NCBI GenBank assembly: GCA_036946295.1
Contig: JAQIJK010000002.1
Coordinates: 122,350-186,349 of the forward strand
Source: Methylobacterium frigidaeris
GTDB taxonomy: Bacteria > Pseudomonadota > Alphaproteobacteria > Rhizobiales > Beijerinckiaceae
DNA length: 64,000 bases
Direction of reading: 5' to 3'
This document shows positions 22,389-32,585 of this stretch, in pieces. Numbering within the stretch: position 1 is the stretch's first letter; the number at the start of each line of letters is the position of its first letter. A model generated the notes under the pieces. It had not been told where the DNA came from. It was given only the letters and a program-made list of their open reading frames with translations, and did not search any database. A program made the translations under genes and the position numbers.

Positions 22389-23618
22389 CTACTTGTCCGG
22401 CGAGATCGGCATCTGGACCGAGCCGTCGAGGTACTGGGTCGGTCCGGCGGCGCTCGGGTTGATGTCGAAGTCGAAGATGCCGGTCGGCAGCCACAGGGTC
22501 GCGCAGGCGTTCGGCACGTCGACGACGCCCGAGATGTGGCCCTGCACCGGCGCGGTGCCGAGGATCGAGTAGGCCTGGGCGCCGGAATAGCCGAACTTCT
22601 TCAGGTACTCGATCGCGTTGAGGCACGCCTGCCGGTACGCCACCGTCACGTCGAGGTAGTGCTGGCCGCCGCTCTCGTCGACCGAGATGCCCTCGAAGAT
22701 GAGGTGGTCGTCGAAGCGCGGGACGATCGGCGATGGCTTGAAGATCGGGTTCCTGATCCCGTACTTCGCCATGCCGTCCTTGATGACCTCGACCTTGAGG
22801 TGGACCCAGCCCGCCATCTCGATCGCGCCGCAGAAGGTGATCTCGCCGTCGCCCTGGCTGAAATGCAGGTCGCCCATCGAGAGGCCGGCGCCCGGGACGT
22901 AGACCGGGAAGTAGATCTTCGAGCCGCGCGACAGGTCCTTGATGTCGCAATTGCCGCCGTGCTCGCGCGGCGGGACGGTGCGGGCGCCCTCCGCCGCCGC
23001 CTTGTCCCTCGCGTCACCCGACAGGCGGCCCATATGGGCGGTCGGGCCGAAGGGCGGGTTGGCCAGCCCCGGCACCCGGGTCGGGTTGGTGGCGATCAGC
23101 GCGGTCTCGCGCTCGTTCCAGGTCGCGAGCAGCTTCGGGTCGGGCAGGCATCCGATCAGGCCGGGATGGATCAGGCCGGGGAAGCGCACGCCCGGGACGT
23201 GGCGCGACTTGGTGAACATCCCCTCGAAGTCCCAGATCGACTTCTGGGCGAGCGGGAAGTGGTCGGTGAGGAAGCCGCCGCCGTTCTGCTTCGAGAAGAA
23301 GCCGTTGAAGCCCCATTGCGACTCCGGCTTGGCGCCGATGTCGAGGAGGTCGACGACCAGCAGGTCGCCCGGCTCGGCGCCCTCGACGCCGATCGGGCCG
23401 GAGAGGAAGTGCACGATCGACAGGTCGATGTCGCGCACGTCGTCGGCCGAGTCGTCGTTCTTGATGAAACCGCCGGTCCAGTCGTAGGTCTCGACGATGA
23501 AGTCCTGCCCGGGCTTCACGTAGGCGACCATCGGGATGTCCGGGTGCCAGCGGTTGTGCACCATGTCGTTCTCGTAGGCCGACTGCGTCAGGTCGACCTT
23601 GATCAACGTCTCGGGCAT
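22389..23618 (-). CDS. fmdA: Formamidase
   Basis: HNRWHPDIP, VHFLSGPI, PPREHGGNCDIKDL, GDLHFSQGDGEITFCGAIEM, VVDVPNACAT. Confidence 0.93.
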   Translation of the reverse strand: MPETLIKVDLTQSAYENDMVHNRWHPDIPMVAYVKPGQDFIVETYDWTGGFIKNDDSADDVRDIDLSIVHFLSGPIGVEGAEPGDLLVVDLLDIGAKPESQWGFNGFFSKQNGGGFLTDHFPLAQKSIWDFEGMFTKSRHVPGVRFPGLIHPGLIGCLPDPKLLATWNERETALIATNPTRVPGLANPPFGPTAHMGRLSGDARDKAAAEGARTVPPREHGGNCDIKDLSRGSKIYFPVYVPGAGLSMGDLHFSQGDGEITFCGAIEMAGWVHLKVEVIKDGMAKYGIRNPIFKPSPIVPRFDDHLIFEGISVDESGGQHYLDVTVAYRQACLNAIEYLKKFGYSGAQAYSILGTAPVQGHISGVVDVPNACATLWLPTGIFDFDINPSAAGPTQYLDGSVQMPISPDK

Positions 23619-23710
23619 GCGTTTCCCTTTCCCCTGGAGCGGGTGTTTCCCCGGCCTGCCGGCCGGGATCGTGGTCGCGAGGGCGCGGGGCCGGCTCGCG
23701 GTGTTCGGGA

Positions 23711-23842
23711 TCATACGGTTTCCGGAAGATTACTTCCGGAAACCGTATGATCAGCCCGCGCGGCGCCTGAGCGAAACCGGTTTCCGCATCGCGAAAGCGA
23801 CCGCTCGCGGTCGCCTGAAGCGATCAACCGGAAATCGTATCA
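23711..23842. repeat. Modular palindromic repeat, A + inverted B, ending at urtE stop codon
   Basis: Perfect 18-bp stem TCATACGGTTTCCGGAAG-ATTA-CTTCCGGAAACCGTATGA (23711-23750); B ends CGTATCA, where TCA is the urtE stop. Confidence 0.9.
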
Positions 23843-24583
23843 GACCGACAGGTAGCGGGCGACCGTCGCCTCATCGATCTCGGCGCGGGCCTCCTCGTGA
23901 ACGATCGAGCCATTCTCGATGACGAGAACCCGATCGGCAATATCGAGGGCGAAGCTCAGCACCTGCTCGGAGACGACGATCGAGAGCCCGCGCTCGTCAC
24001 GGATCGTCTTCAGCGTCCGGCCCATCTCGCGGATGATCGAGGGCTGGATGCCCTCGGTCGGCTCGTCGAGGAGCAGCACCTTCGGCCGGCTGGCGAGCGC
24101 GCGGGCGATGGCGAGCTGCTGCTGCTGGCCGCCCGACAGGTTGCCGCCGCGCCGGCCCTTCATCTCCAGGAGCACCGGGAACATCGCGTAGAGGTCCCCC
24201 GGCACCTTGGATTCGCCGGTGACGGTCAGCCCGGTCTCGATGTTCTCCTGCACCGTCATGGTGGAGAAGATCATCCGCCCCTGCGGCACGTAGGCGAGGC
24301 CCCGGGCGACGCGCTGGTGGCTCCTGAGCGCGGTCACGTCGCGGCCGTCGACCCGGATCGTGCCGGCGCGGGCCGGCAGGATGCCCATCAGGGTCCGCAT
24401 CAGGGTCGACTTGCCCATGCCGTTGCGGCCCATCACGGCGACGATCTCGCCCGGCGCGACGGTGAGGTCGATGCCGTGCAGCACCTCGCTCTGGCCGTAG
24501 GCGGCGTGGAGGTCGGTGACCGACAGGACCGGGGCGGCGCCGGGCGCTGCGACGGCAGAGGGAACGGGAGCGGTCTGGAGCAT
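23840..24583 (-). CDS. urtE: Urea/short-chain amide ABC transporter ATPase UrtE
   Basis: GRNGMGKS, YVPQGRMIF, LSGGQQQQLA, DEPTEGIQPSII. Confidence 0.9.
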   Translation of the reverse strand: MLQTAPVPSAVAAPGAAPVLSVTDLHAAYGQSEVLHGIDLTVAPGEIVAVMGRNGMGKSTLMRTLMGILPARAGTIRVDGRDVTALRSHQRVARGLAYVPQGRMIFSTMTVQENIETGLTVTGESKVPGDLYAMFPVLLEMKGRRGGNLSGGQQQQLAIARALASRPKVLLLDEPTEGIQPSIIREMGRTLKTIRDERGLSIVVSEQVLSFALDIADRVLVIENGSIVHEEARAEIDEATVARYLSV

Positions 24584-24597
24584 GGCGGTTCCTCCCC

Positions 24598-25371
<774 letters not shown>

Positions 25372-25382
25372 CGAAACAATCC

Positions 25383-26525
25383 TCACTCGGCGGGGGCGCC
25401 CTGGGGCAGCGCGGCGGGGGCGGGGCCGGCGGCCTTGGGGCGGCGGGTCAGCAGCGGCTCGACGTGCTGGCGCCAGATGCCGGCGAGGCCGTTGGGGAAG
25501 GCGAGCACCACCGCGATGAACAGCGCGCCGAGGCCGAACAGCCACAGTTCGGGGAAGGACTCGGAGAAGGTGGTCTTGGCCCAGTTGACCAGCAGCGTGC
25601 CGTAGATCGCGCCGAACAGCGACAGCCGTCCGCCGACCGCGGCGTAGATCACCATCTCGATCGACGGCACGATGCCGACGAAGGACGGCGACATGAAGCC
25701 GACTTGGAGGGTGAACATCGCCCCGCCGATCGCCGCGAACGCGGCCGCGAGGCAGAAGGCGAAGATCTTGAAGCTCGCGACGCCGTAGCCGGAGAAGCGG
25801 ACCCGGTCCTCCTTGTCGCGCATCGCCACCAGGATGCGGCCGAGCTTCGAGCGCTTGACGTATTGCGCCACCAGCACGCAGGCGACGAGCAGCCCACCGT
25901 TGACGAAGTAGAGGATGGTCTTCGCCGAGTCGGTGCGGATGTCCCAGCCGCTCAGCGTGCGCAGGTCGGTGATGCCGTTGATGCCGCCGGTATAGCCCTG
26001 CTGGCCGACGATCAGGATGGTCAGGATCGCGGCGATCGCCTGGGTGATGATCGCGAAGTAGGTGCCGCCGACCCGGCGCTTGAACATCGCCGCGCCGACG
26101 ATGAAGGCGAACAGGGTCGGCACCAGCACCACCGCGATCAGGGTCAGCGGCAGGCTCTTGAACGGCGTCCAGAACCACGGCAGGGCGGTGATCTGGTTCC
26201 AGTCCATGAAGTCCGGGATGCCGGGGGTCGACTGGATCTTGGTGTTGGCGACCGACGACGCCTCGAGCTTGAGGTACATCGCCATGCAGTAGCCGCCGAG
26301 ACCGAAGAACACGCCCTGGCCGAGCGACAGGATCCCGCAGTAGCCCCAGCAGATGACGAGGCCCAGAGCCACGAAGGCGTAGGTGAGGTACTTGCCGACC
26401 AGGTTGAGCCGGAACCCGTCGAGGGCGAGGGGCAGCACCGCGAAGAGCAGGGCGCAGAGGAGGGCGAGGGAGGCCCACTCCACCGGCTTCATGAACGGGT
26501 TGTCGTTGAGGGTCGGGAGTTTCAT
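25383..26525 (-). CDS. urtC: Urea/amide ABC permease UrtC
   Basis: WGYCGILSLGQGVFFGLGGY, PGIPDFMDWN, RDKEDRVRFSGY. Confidence 0.92.
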   Translation of the reverse strand: MKLPTLNDNPFMKPVEWASLALLCALLFAVLPLALDGFRLNLVGKYLTYAFVALGLVICWGYCGILSLGQGVFFGLGGYCMAMYLKLEASSVANTKIQSTPGIPDFMDWNQITALPWFWTPFKSLPLTLIAVVLVPTLFAFIVGAAMFKRRVGGTYFAIITQAIAAILTILIVGQQGYTGGINGITDLRTLSGWDIRTDSAKTILYFVNGGLLVACVLVAQYVKRSKLGRILVAMRDKEDRVRFSGYGVASFKIFAFCLAAAFAAIGGAMFTLQVGFMSPSFVGIVPSIEMVIYAAVGGRLSLFGAIYGTLLVNWAKTTFSESFPELWLFGLGALFIAVVLAFPNGLAGIWRQHVEPLLTRRPKAAGPAPAALPQGAPAE

Positions 26526-26537
26526 GCGCGTCGCTCC

Positions 26538-27464
26538 TCAGCGCCGGACCTTGAGGGTGAAGAGGCCCTGCGGCCGCAGCATCAGGATTCCCACGACGGC
26601 GAGCAGGGTGATGACCTTCGCGGTCGAGCCGGAGAGGAAGAATTCGAGGGTCGACTGGGTCTGCGAGATCGAGAAGGCCGACGCGATGGTGCCGAGCAGG
26701 CTGGCGGCGCCGCCGAAGACCACGATCAGGAAGGTGTCGACGATGTAGAGCTGGCCCGAGGTCGGCCCGGTCGAGCCGATCATCGTGAAGGCCGAGCCGG
26801 CGATTCCGGCGATGCCGCAGCCGAGGCCGAAGGTGAGGCGGTCGACCTTCCCGGTGTCGATGCCGACCGCGCCAGCCATCACCCGGTTCTGCATCACCGC
26901 CCGGACCTGCTTGCCGTAGCGCGACGCGAACAGCAGGGCGGCGACCACGAGGGTGATGAGCACGGTGATGCCCATCACGAACAGGCCGTTGATCTGGATC
27001 TCGATCGTGTCGGTCGCCTGGATCGAGCCCATCATCCAGGACGGCAGCTCGACGCCGACCTCGCGGGCGCCGAAGATCGAGCGGTAGGCCTGCTGGAGGA
27101 TCAGCGACAGGCCCCAGGTGGCGAGCAGCGTGTCGAGGGGCCGCTTGTAGAGGTGGCGGATCAGCCCCCACTCGACCAGCATCCCCAGGGCGCCTGCGAC
27201 CACGAAGGCCAGCGCCATCGCGACGAAGAAGTAGACCGGAAACAGGCCCGGCAGGTGGGCCTGGAAGAACGTCGAGCACAGGTAGGTCATGTAGGCGCCG
27301 AGGATCATGAATTCCCCGTGCGCCATGTTGATGACGCCCATCTGGCCGAAGATGATCGCGAGGCCGAGCGCCATCAGCACGTAGACCGAGAACAGGATCA
27401 GGCCGGCGAAGCCCTGCATGGCGAAGATCGCGCCGAGGTCGCCGAGCGAGTAGTCACCGAACAT
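26538..27464 (-). CDS. urtB: Urea/amide ABC permease UrtB
   Basis: GLAIIFGQMGVINMAHGEF, LYKRPLDTLLATWG, YIVDTFLIVVFGG. Confidence 0.92.
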   Translation of the reverse strand: MFGDYSLGDLGAIFAMQGFAGLILFSVYVLMALGLAIIFGQMGVINMAHGEFMILGAYMTYLCSTFFQAHLPGLFPVYFFVAMALAFVVAGALGMLVEWGLIRHLYKRPLDTLLATWGLSLILQQAYRSIFGAREVGVELPSWMMGSIQATDTIEIQINGLFVMGITVLITLVVAALLFASRYGKQVRAVMQNRVMAGAVGIDTGKVDRLTFGLGCGIAGIAGSAFTMIGSTGPTSGQLYIVDTFLIVVFGGAASLLGTIASAFSISQTQSTLEFFLSGSTAKVITLLAVVGILMLRPQGLFTLKVRR

Positions 27465-27530
27465 GGGCGGGAGCTCCGGCAGGAGGTTCGATCAATTGGC
27501 AATGCGCCAGCGATCACGGAACTGGCGTGA

Positions 27531-27664
27531 ACCCTCCCCCCTCTGCGCGAGGCTGTCCGGGGAAAAGAAATGGCGCATCTCCCCTCTCCTACTCGGGAGA
27601 GGGGATCCCGCGCTTGATTTCAAAAGGAATTTTCCCTGGACAGCCGTGCGCGGAGGGGGAGGGT
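27531..27664. repeat. Nested inverted-repeat element (CCCTCCCC..GGGGAGGG arms enclosing a CCCCTCTCC..GGGAGAGGGG hairpin)
   Basis: Imperfect ~32-bp terminal IRs 27531-27563 and 27633-27664; inner hairpin 27581-27604 matches arms of element 40678-40856. Confidence 0.8.
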
Positions 27665-27676
27665 CAGGACTGCGCC

Positions 27677-28948
27677 CTACTGGTAGCCCTTCGGGAACGG
27701 GTTCGGCTCGATCAGGTCGGCGCTCTCGTAGACCACCTCGAACTGGCCGTTCGGCAGCGCCTTGCCGACCCGCGTCTTCGACCACAGGTGGTGGTTGGGG
27801 TGGATCCGCACGTAGCCTTCCGGCGCGCCCTTGAACTCGATCCCGGCCGACGCCGCCGCGACCTTGTCGACGTCGAACGAGCCGGCCTTCTCGACGGTGA
27901 GCTTCCACAGGTACGGACCGAGATAGGCCGCCTGGGTCACGTCGCCGATCACCGTCTTCTCGCCCCACATCTTCTTGAAGGCGGCGACGAACTTCTCGTT
28001 GTTCGGGTTCTTGAGCGACTGGAAGTACTTCATGCAGGCATAGGCGCCGGCGATGTTCTCGCCGCCGATGCCGTCGATCTCGTCCTCGGTCACCGAGATC
28101 GTCATCAGCACCTGCTTCGACAGGTCGATGCCGGCCGCCTTGAGCTGCTTGTAGAACGCCACGTTCGAGCCGCCGACCACGTCGGTGAAGATCACGTTCG
28201 GCTTCGTCAGCTTGATCTTGTTGATGACCGAGTTGAACTGGGTGTGGCCGAGCGGGAAGTACTCCTCGCCGACGACCTTGCCCTTCAGCACGTTCTCGAC
28301 GTGCTTGCGGGCGATCTTGTTCGAGGTGCGCGGCCAGATGTAGTCCGAACCGATGAAGAAGAAGGTCTTGGCGTCCTTCTCCTTGGCGACCCAGTCGAGG
28401 CTGGCGAGGATCTGCTGTGTCGCCTCCTGGCCGGTATAGATGACGTTCTTCGACTCTTCCAGGCCCTCGTAGAAGGTCGGGTAGTACAGCATGCCGTTGT
28501 ACTGCTCGAACACCGGCAGCACCGCCTTGCGCGAGGCCGAGGTCCAGCAGCCCATCACGGCCGCGCACTTGTCGTTGACGAGCAGCTTCTTGGCCTTCTC
28601 GGCGAAGGTCGGCCAGTCCGAGGCGCCGTCCTCCTGGATGATCTTGATCTTGCGGCCGAGCACGCCGCCGGCCTGGTTGATCTCCTCGATCGCGAGCTTC
28701 TCCGCCTGCTGCGCCCCGGTCTCGGAGATCGCCATCGTGCCGGTGACGGAGTGCAGGATGCCGACCGTCACCTCGGTGTCGGTCACGGCGAGGCCGGTGG
28801 TGTTGACCGCCGAGGTCGGCGGGGCGGCGGCGTGGGCGAAGCGCGGCAGCATCGCGGCGGCCGGCACCGCGGCGAGCCCCATCAGCAGCCTGCGCCGCAG
28901 CGCGGAATCCAGGCCGCGATCGTTCCCCTCTGGGTTGCCGTCTGCCAT
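27677..28948 (-). CDS. urtA: Urea/amide ABC substrate-binding protein UrtA (Tat signal)
   Basis: RRRLLMGLAA; GILHSVTGTMAISE, EDGASDWPTFAEK, CWTSASRK, FYEGLE, SDYIWP. Confidence 0.93.
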   Translation of the reverse strand: MADGNPEGNDRGLDSALRRRLLMGLAAVPAAAMLPRFAHAAAPPTSAVNTTGLAVTDTEVTVGILHSVTGTMAISETGAQQAEKLAIEEINQAGGVLGRKIKIIQEDGASDWPTFAEKAKKLLVNDKCAAVMGCWTSASRKAVLPVFEQYNGMLYYPTFYEGLEESKNVIYTGQEATQQILASLDWVAKEKDAKTFFFIGSDYIWPRTSNKIARKHVENVLKGKVVGEEYFPLGHTQFNSVINKIKLTKPNVIFTDVVGGSNVAFYKQLKAAGIDLSKQVLMTISVTEDEIDGIGGENIAGAYACMKYFQSLKNPNNEKFVAAFKKMWGEKTVIGDVTQAAYLGPYLWKLTVEKAGSFDVDKVAAASAGIEFKGAPEGYVRIHPNHHLWSKTRVGKALPNGQFEVVYESADLIEPNPFPKGYQ

Positions 28949-29051
28949 CGCTCGTCCTCTCGTGCTGCGCGGCTCTCGCGGTCCGGCCCCGCTCGTCGGC
29001 GGGCCCCCTCGTCACGCGGCATGCAGGCTAGGAGGCGTGGTGCGATGCAGC

Positions 29052-29073
29052 ATATACGCTGTTTTGCGTATAT
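29052..29073. promoter_or_regulatory. Perfect dyad, candidate operator between divergent urtA and kinase
   Basis: ATATACGC-TGTTTT-GCGTATAT, AT-rich perfect 8-bp inverted repeat in GC-rich DNA. Confidence 0.55.
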
Positions 29074-29228
29074 CGCCGGGCCGGGCTCCGCCGCAGGATC
29101 GGGCTGCGATCGCAGTGGGATTGCGGCCGACCGGACGTTGCGGCAAGGATCCTGCACGGGCCGGCAGGCTCTCCCGGGCCCGGCCGGCGCCTCGCTGCGC
29201 CGCACAACGAGGATCGGTCCTCTCCACG

Positions 29229-32200
29229 ATGCACGGACGCCAGCGCATCATTCCGGTCCGTCGCGACTACAATCGCTGGGTCGCCAACGAGACCCTCGAG
29301 GACTTCGCGCTGCGCTTCACCGCCGAGCGGGCGCGGCGCTGGTCGTCGGCGCGGGTGGCGCTCACCGCGCTCGGCTCGGTGGCGTTCCTGGCGCTGGAGG
29401 CGATCGGCGGCACCCTGATCCTGTCGAGCGGGTTCACCAACACCGTCCTGGCGGTGCTCACCGTCGGGCTCGTCATCTTCGCCACCGGCGTGCCGATCGC
29501 GGTCTACGCCGCCCGCCACGGCCTCGACGTCGACCTGCTCACCCGCGGGGCCGGCTTCGGCTACATCGGCTCGACCATCACCTCGCTGATCTATGCCGGC
29601 TTCACCTTCCTGTTCTTCGCCATCGAGGCGGCGATCATGGCGCTGGCCCTGGAGCTGTGCTTCGGCCTGCCGCTGGCGCTCGGCTACCTCGTCAGCGCGC
29701 TCGCGGTGATCCCGCTCGTCACCTTCGGCTTCGCCCTCATCAGCCGGTTCCAGGTCGTGACCCAGCCGGTCTGGCTCGCGCTGAACCTGCTGCCGCTGGC
29801 CTTCATCGCCGCCAAGGCCGAGGCGCCACTCGCGACCTGGATCGCCCATACCGGTCCCGCGGCCGCCGGCTTCGACCCGCTGCTGTTCGGGGCGGCCTGC
29901 GGGGTGCTGTTCGCGCTGATCGCCCAGATCGGCGAGCAGGTCGACATCCTGCGCTTCGTGCCCCCGAGGCGGGAGACCGGCGGCGTCCGATGGTGGGTGG
30001 CGGTGCTCGGCGCCGGCCCCGGCTGGATCGTGCCGGGCCTGCTCAAGATCCTGCTCGGCTCGTTCCTGGCGGTGCTGGCCCTCGGCCACGGCGTGCCGGC
30101 CGAACGGGCGAGCGAGCCGACCCAGATGTACGCCGTCGCGTTCGGCCACGTGACGGCCCATCCCGGCGCGGTGGTGGTGCTCACCGGCCTGTTCGTGGTG
30201 CTGTCCCAGCTCAAGATCAACGTCACCAACGCCTATGCCGGCTCGATCGCGTGGTCGAACTTCTTCTCGCGGCTGACCCACAGCCATCCGGGCCGGGTGG
30301 TGTGGCTGCTGTTCAACGTCGCCATCGCCCTGATGCTGATGGAACTCGGCATCTACCGCACCCTGGAGCGGACGCTCGGCCTCTACGCCCTGGTGGCCGC
30401 GGCCTGGGTCGGGGCGCTGGTGGCCGACCTCGCGGTCAACAAGCCGCTCGGCCTGTCGCCGCCGGGAATCGAGTTCAAGCGGGCGCATCTCTACGACATC
30501 AACCCGGTCGGCATCGGCGCGATGGCGCTGGCCTCGCTGCTCGCCTGCCTCACCCATGTCGGGCTGTTCGGCCCGCTGCCGCAGGCGTTCTCGGCCTTCG
30601 TGGCCCTCGGCACCGCCTTCGCGGCGGCCCCCCTGATCGCCTGGGCGACGGGGGGCCGCTACTACCTCGCCCGCCGGCCGCGGCGGCACTGGCGGGGCGG
30701 CGGCGAGATCGCCTGCCGGGTCTGCGAGCACGGCTTCGAGGCCGAGGACATGGCGTATTGCCCGGCCTACGCCGCGCCGATCTGCTCCCTGTGCTGCTCC
30801 CTCGACGCCCGCTGCGGCGACCTGTGCAAGCCCCACGCCCGCTTCGGCGCCCAGCTCCGGCGGGCGGCGGAGCGGGTGCTGCCGGGCCGGGCCGCCGCGG
30901 CGGTCGAGTCCCGCCTCGGCCGCTACGCCGGCGTGATGCTGATCCTGTGCGGCGCGGCCGGGCTGATCCTCGGCGTCGTCTACGCCGAGGGCGCGCACCG
31001 GGCGCCCGAGCACGCCGACGCCCTCGCCCGGGCCCTGTGGGCGGTGTTCCTCGTCATGGCGCTGATCTTCGGGGTCGTCGCGTGGCTCTACGTCCTGGCC
31101 CAGGAGAGCCGCCGGGTCGCCCAGGAGGAGACCGCCCGCCAGACCGCCCTGCACCGGGCCGAGATCGCCGCCCACCGGGTCACCGACGCCAAGCTCCAGC
31201 GCGCCAAGGAGGCGGCGGAGGCGGCCAACCTCGCCAAGAGCCGCTACGTCGTCGGCATCAGCCACGAGCTGCGCACGCCCCTCAACGCCGTCCTCGGCTA
31301 CGCCCAGCTCCTCGAGGCCGACCCGCTGATCGCCCCGGCGCGGCAATCCGGCATCCGGGTGATCCGCCGCAGCGCCGAGCACCTGTCGGGCCTCATCGAC
31401 GGCCTGCTCGACATCTCGCGCATGGAGGCCGGCCGGCTCCAGCTCCACCGCAACGAGGTGCGGCTGTCCGACTTCCTCGACCAGATCGTCGACATGTGCC
31501 GGCCCCAGGCCGAGGCGGCGGGGCTGTCGTTCCGCTTCACCCGCCCGGCCTCGCTGCCGGCCCTGGTGACGACGGACGAGAAGCGCCTGCGCCAGATCCT
31601 GCTCAACCTGATCTCCAACGGCATCAAGTTCACCGCCCGCGGCGAGGTGGCGCTGACCCTCGGCTACCGCAACCAGATCGCCGAGTTCACCGTGACCGAC
31701 ACCGGCTCGGGCATCCCGGGGGACGACCTCGGGCGGATCTTCGAGCCGTTCGTGCGCGGCACCCTGCCGGCGGCCTCCGCGGTGCCGGGCACCGGGCTCG
31801 GGCTCACCATCGCGCACCTGCTCGCCCAGGTGATGGGCGGCGAGATCACGGTGACGAGCGAGGTCGGCCGCGGCAGCACCTTCCGGCTGCGGCTGATGCT
31901 GGCGTCGATCGAGCGCCCGGACCGGGCGATGCCGGCGCTGGCACCGATCCACGGCTATGCCGGGCGCCGGCGCACGATCTTCGTCGTCGACGACGACCCG
32001 GCCCATCGCGAGCTGATGCGCGAGATCCTGGCGCCGCTCGGCTTCACCCTGCTGTCGGCCGCCGACGGCGCGGCCTGCCTCGCGCTGGCGGCCGGGTGCC
32101 GGCCGGACCTGTTCCTGCTCGACATCGCGATGCCGGGGATGACCGGGTGGGAGCTGGCGCGGGCACTGCGCGCCTCCGGCCACGGCCCGGCCCGCATCGC

Positions 32201-32585
32201 GATGATGTCGGCCAACGTGCACGAGATCAGCCCGCAGCGCGGCGAGGACGCGCCCCACGACGCGATCATCCCCAAGCCCTTCGACCTGCGCGACCTGCTG
32301 TCGTGCATCCAGGGCCTGCTCGGGCTCGACTGGACCGGCCCGGAGCCGGCCGCCATTCCTGCCCAGGCCCCGCGGCGGCAGGCTCCGGCCCGCGCCCGGC
32401 CGGAGCAGATCGCGGAGCTGATCCGCCTCGGGCGGATCGGCCATGTCCGCGGCATCGAGGCGAAGCTCGCGGAGATCGAGGAGGAGACGGCCGCGCCGTT
32501 CGTGGCCGAGCTGCGCGGGCTGGTGCGGGCCTACGACCTGCCGCGCTACATGGCGATGCTGGAGGGGATGCGGGCCGATGTCTGA
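29229..32585 (+). CDS. Hybrid histidine kinase with N-terminal permease-like multi-TM domain, Cys-rich linker, HisKA/HATPase and REC
   Basis: About 12 TM segments with QLKINVTNAYAGS; CRVCEH..CPAY..ICSLCCSLDARC..C; SHELRTPLN, NGIKFT, DTGSGI, GTGLGL; VVDDD..DIAMP. Confidence 0.88.
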   Translation: MHGRQRIIPVRRDYNRWVANETLEDFALRFTAERARRWSSARVALTALGSVAFLALEAIGGTLILSSGFTNTVLAVLTVGLVIFATGVPIAVYAARHGLDVDLLTRGAGFGYIGSTITSLIYAGFTFLFFAIEAAIMALALELCFGLPLALGYLVSALAVIPLVTFGFALISRFQVVTQPVWLALNLLPLAFIAAKAEAPLATWIAHTGPAAAGFDPLLFGAACGVLFALIAQIGEQVDILRFVPPRRETGGVRWWVAVLGAGPGWIVPGLLKILLGSFLAVLALGHGVPAERASEPTQMYAVAFGHVTAHPGAVVVLTGLFVVLSQLKINVTNAYAGSIAWSNFFSRLTHSHPGRVVWLLFNVAIALMLMELGIYRTLERTLGLYALVAAAWVGALVADLAVNKPLGLSPPGIEFKRAHLYDINPVGIGAMALASLLACLTHVGLFGPLPQAFSAFVALGTAFAAAPLIAWATGGRYYLARRPRRHWRGGGEIACRVCEHGFEAEDMAYCPAYAAPICSLCCSLDARCGDLCKPHARFGAQLRRAAERVLPGRAAAAVESRLGRYAGVMLILCGAAGLILGVVYAEGAHRAPEHADALARALWAVFLVMALIFGVVAWLYVLAQESRRVAQEETARQTALHRAEIAAHRVTDAKLQRAKEAAEAANLAKSRYVVGISHELRTPLNAVLGYAQLLEADPLIAPARQSGIRVIRRSAEHLSGLIDGLLDISRMEAGRLQLHRNEVRLSDFLDQIVDMCRPQAEAAGLSFRFTRPASLPALVTTDEKRLRQILLNLISNGIKFTARGEVALTLGYRNQIAEFTVTDTGSGIPGDDLGRIFEPFVRGTLPAASAVPGTGLGLTIAHLLAQVMGGEITVTSEVGRGSTFRLRLMLASIERPDRAMPALAPIHGYAGRRRTIFVVDDDPAHRELMREILAPLGFTLLSAADGAACLALAAGCRPDLFLLDIAMPGMTGWELARALRASGHGPARIAMMSANVHEISPQRGEDAPHDAIIPKPFDLRDLLSCIQGLLGLDWTGPEPAAIPAQAPRRQAPARARPEQIAELIRLGRIGHVRGIEAKLAEIEEETAAPFVAELRGLVRAYDLPRYMAMLEGMRADV

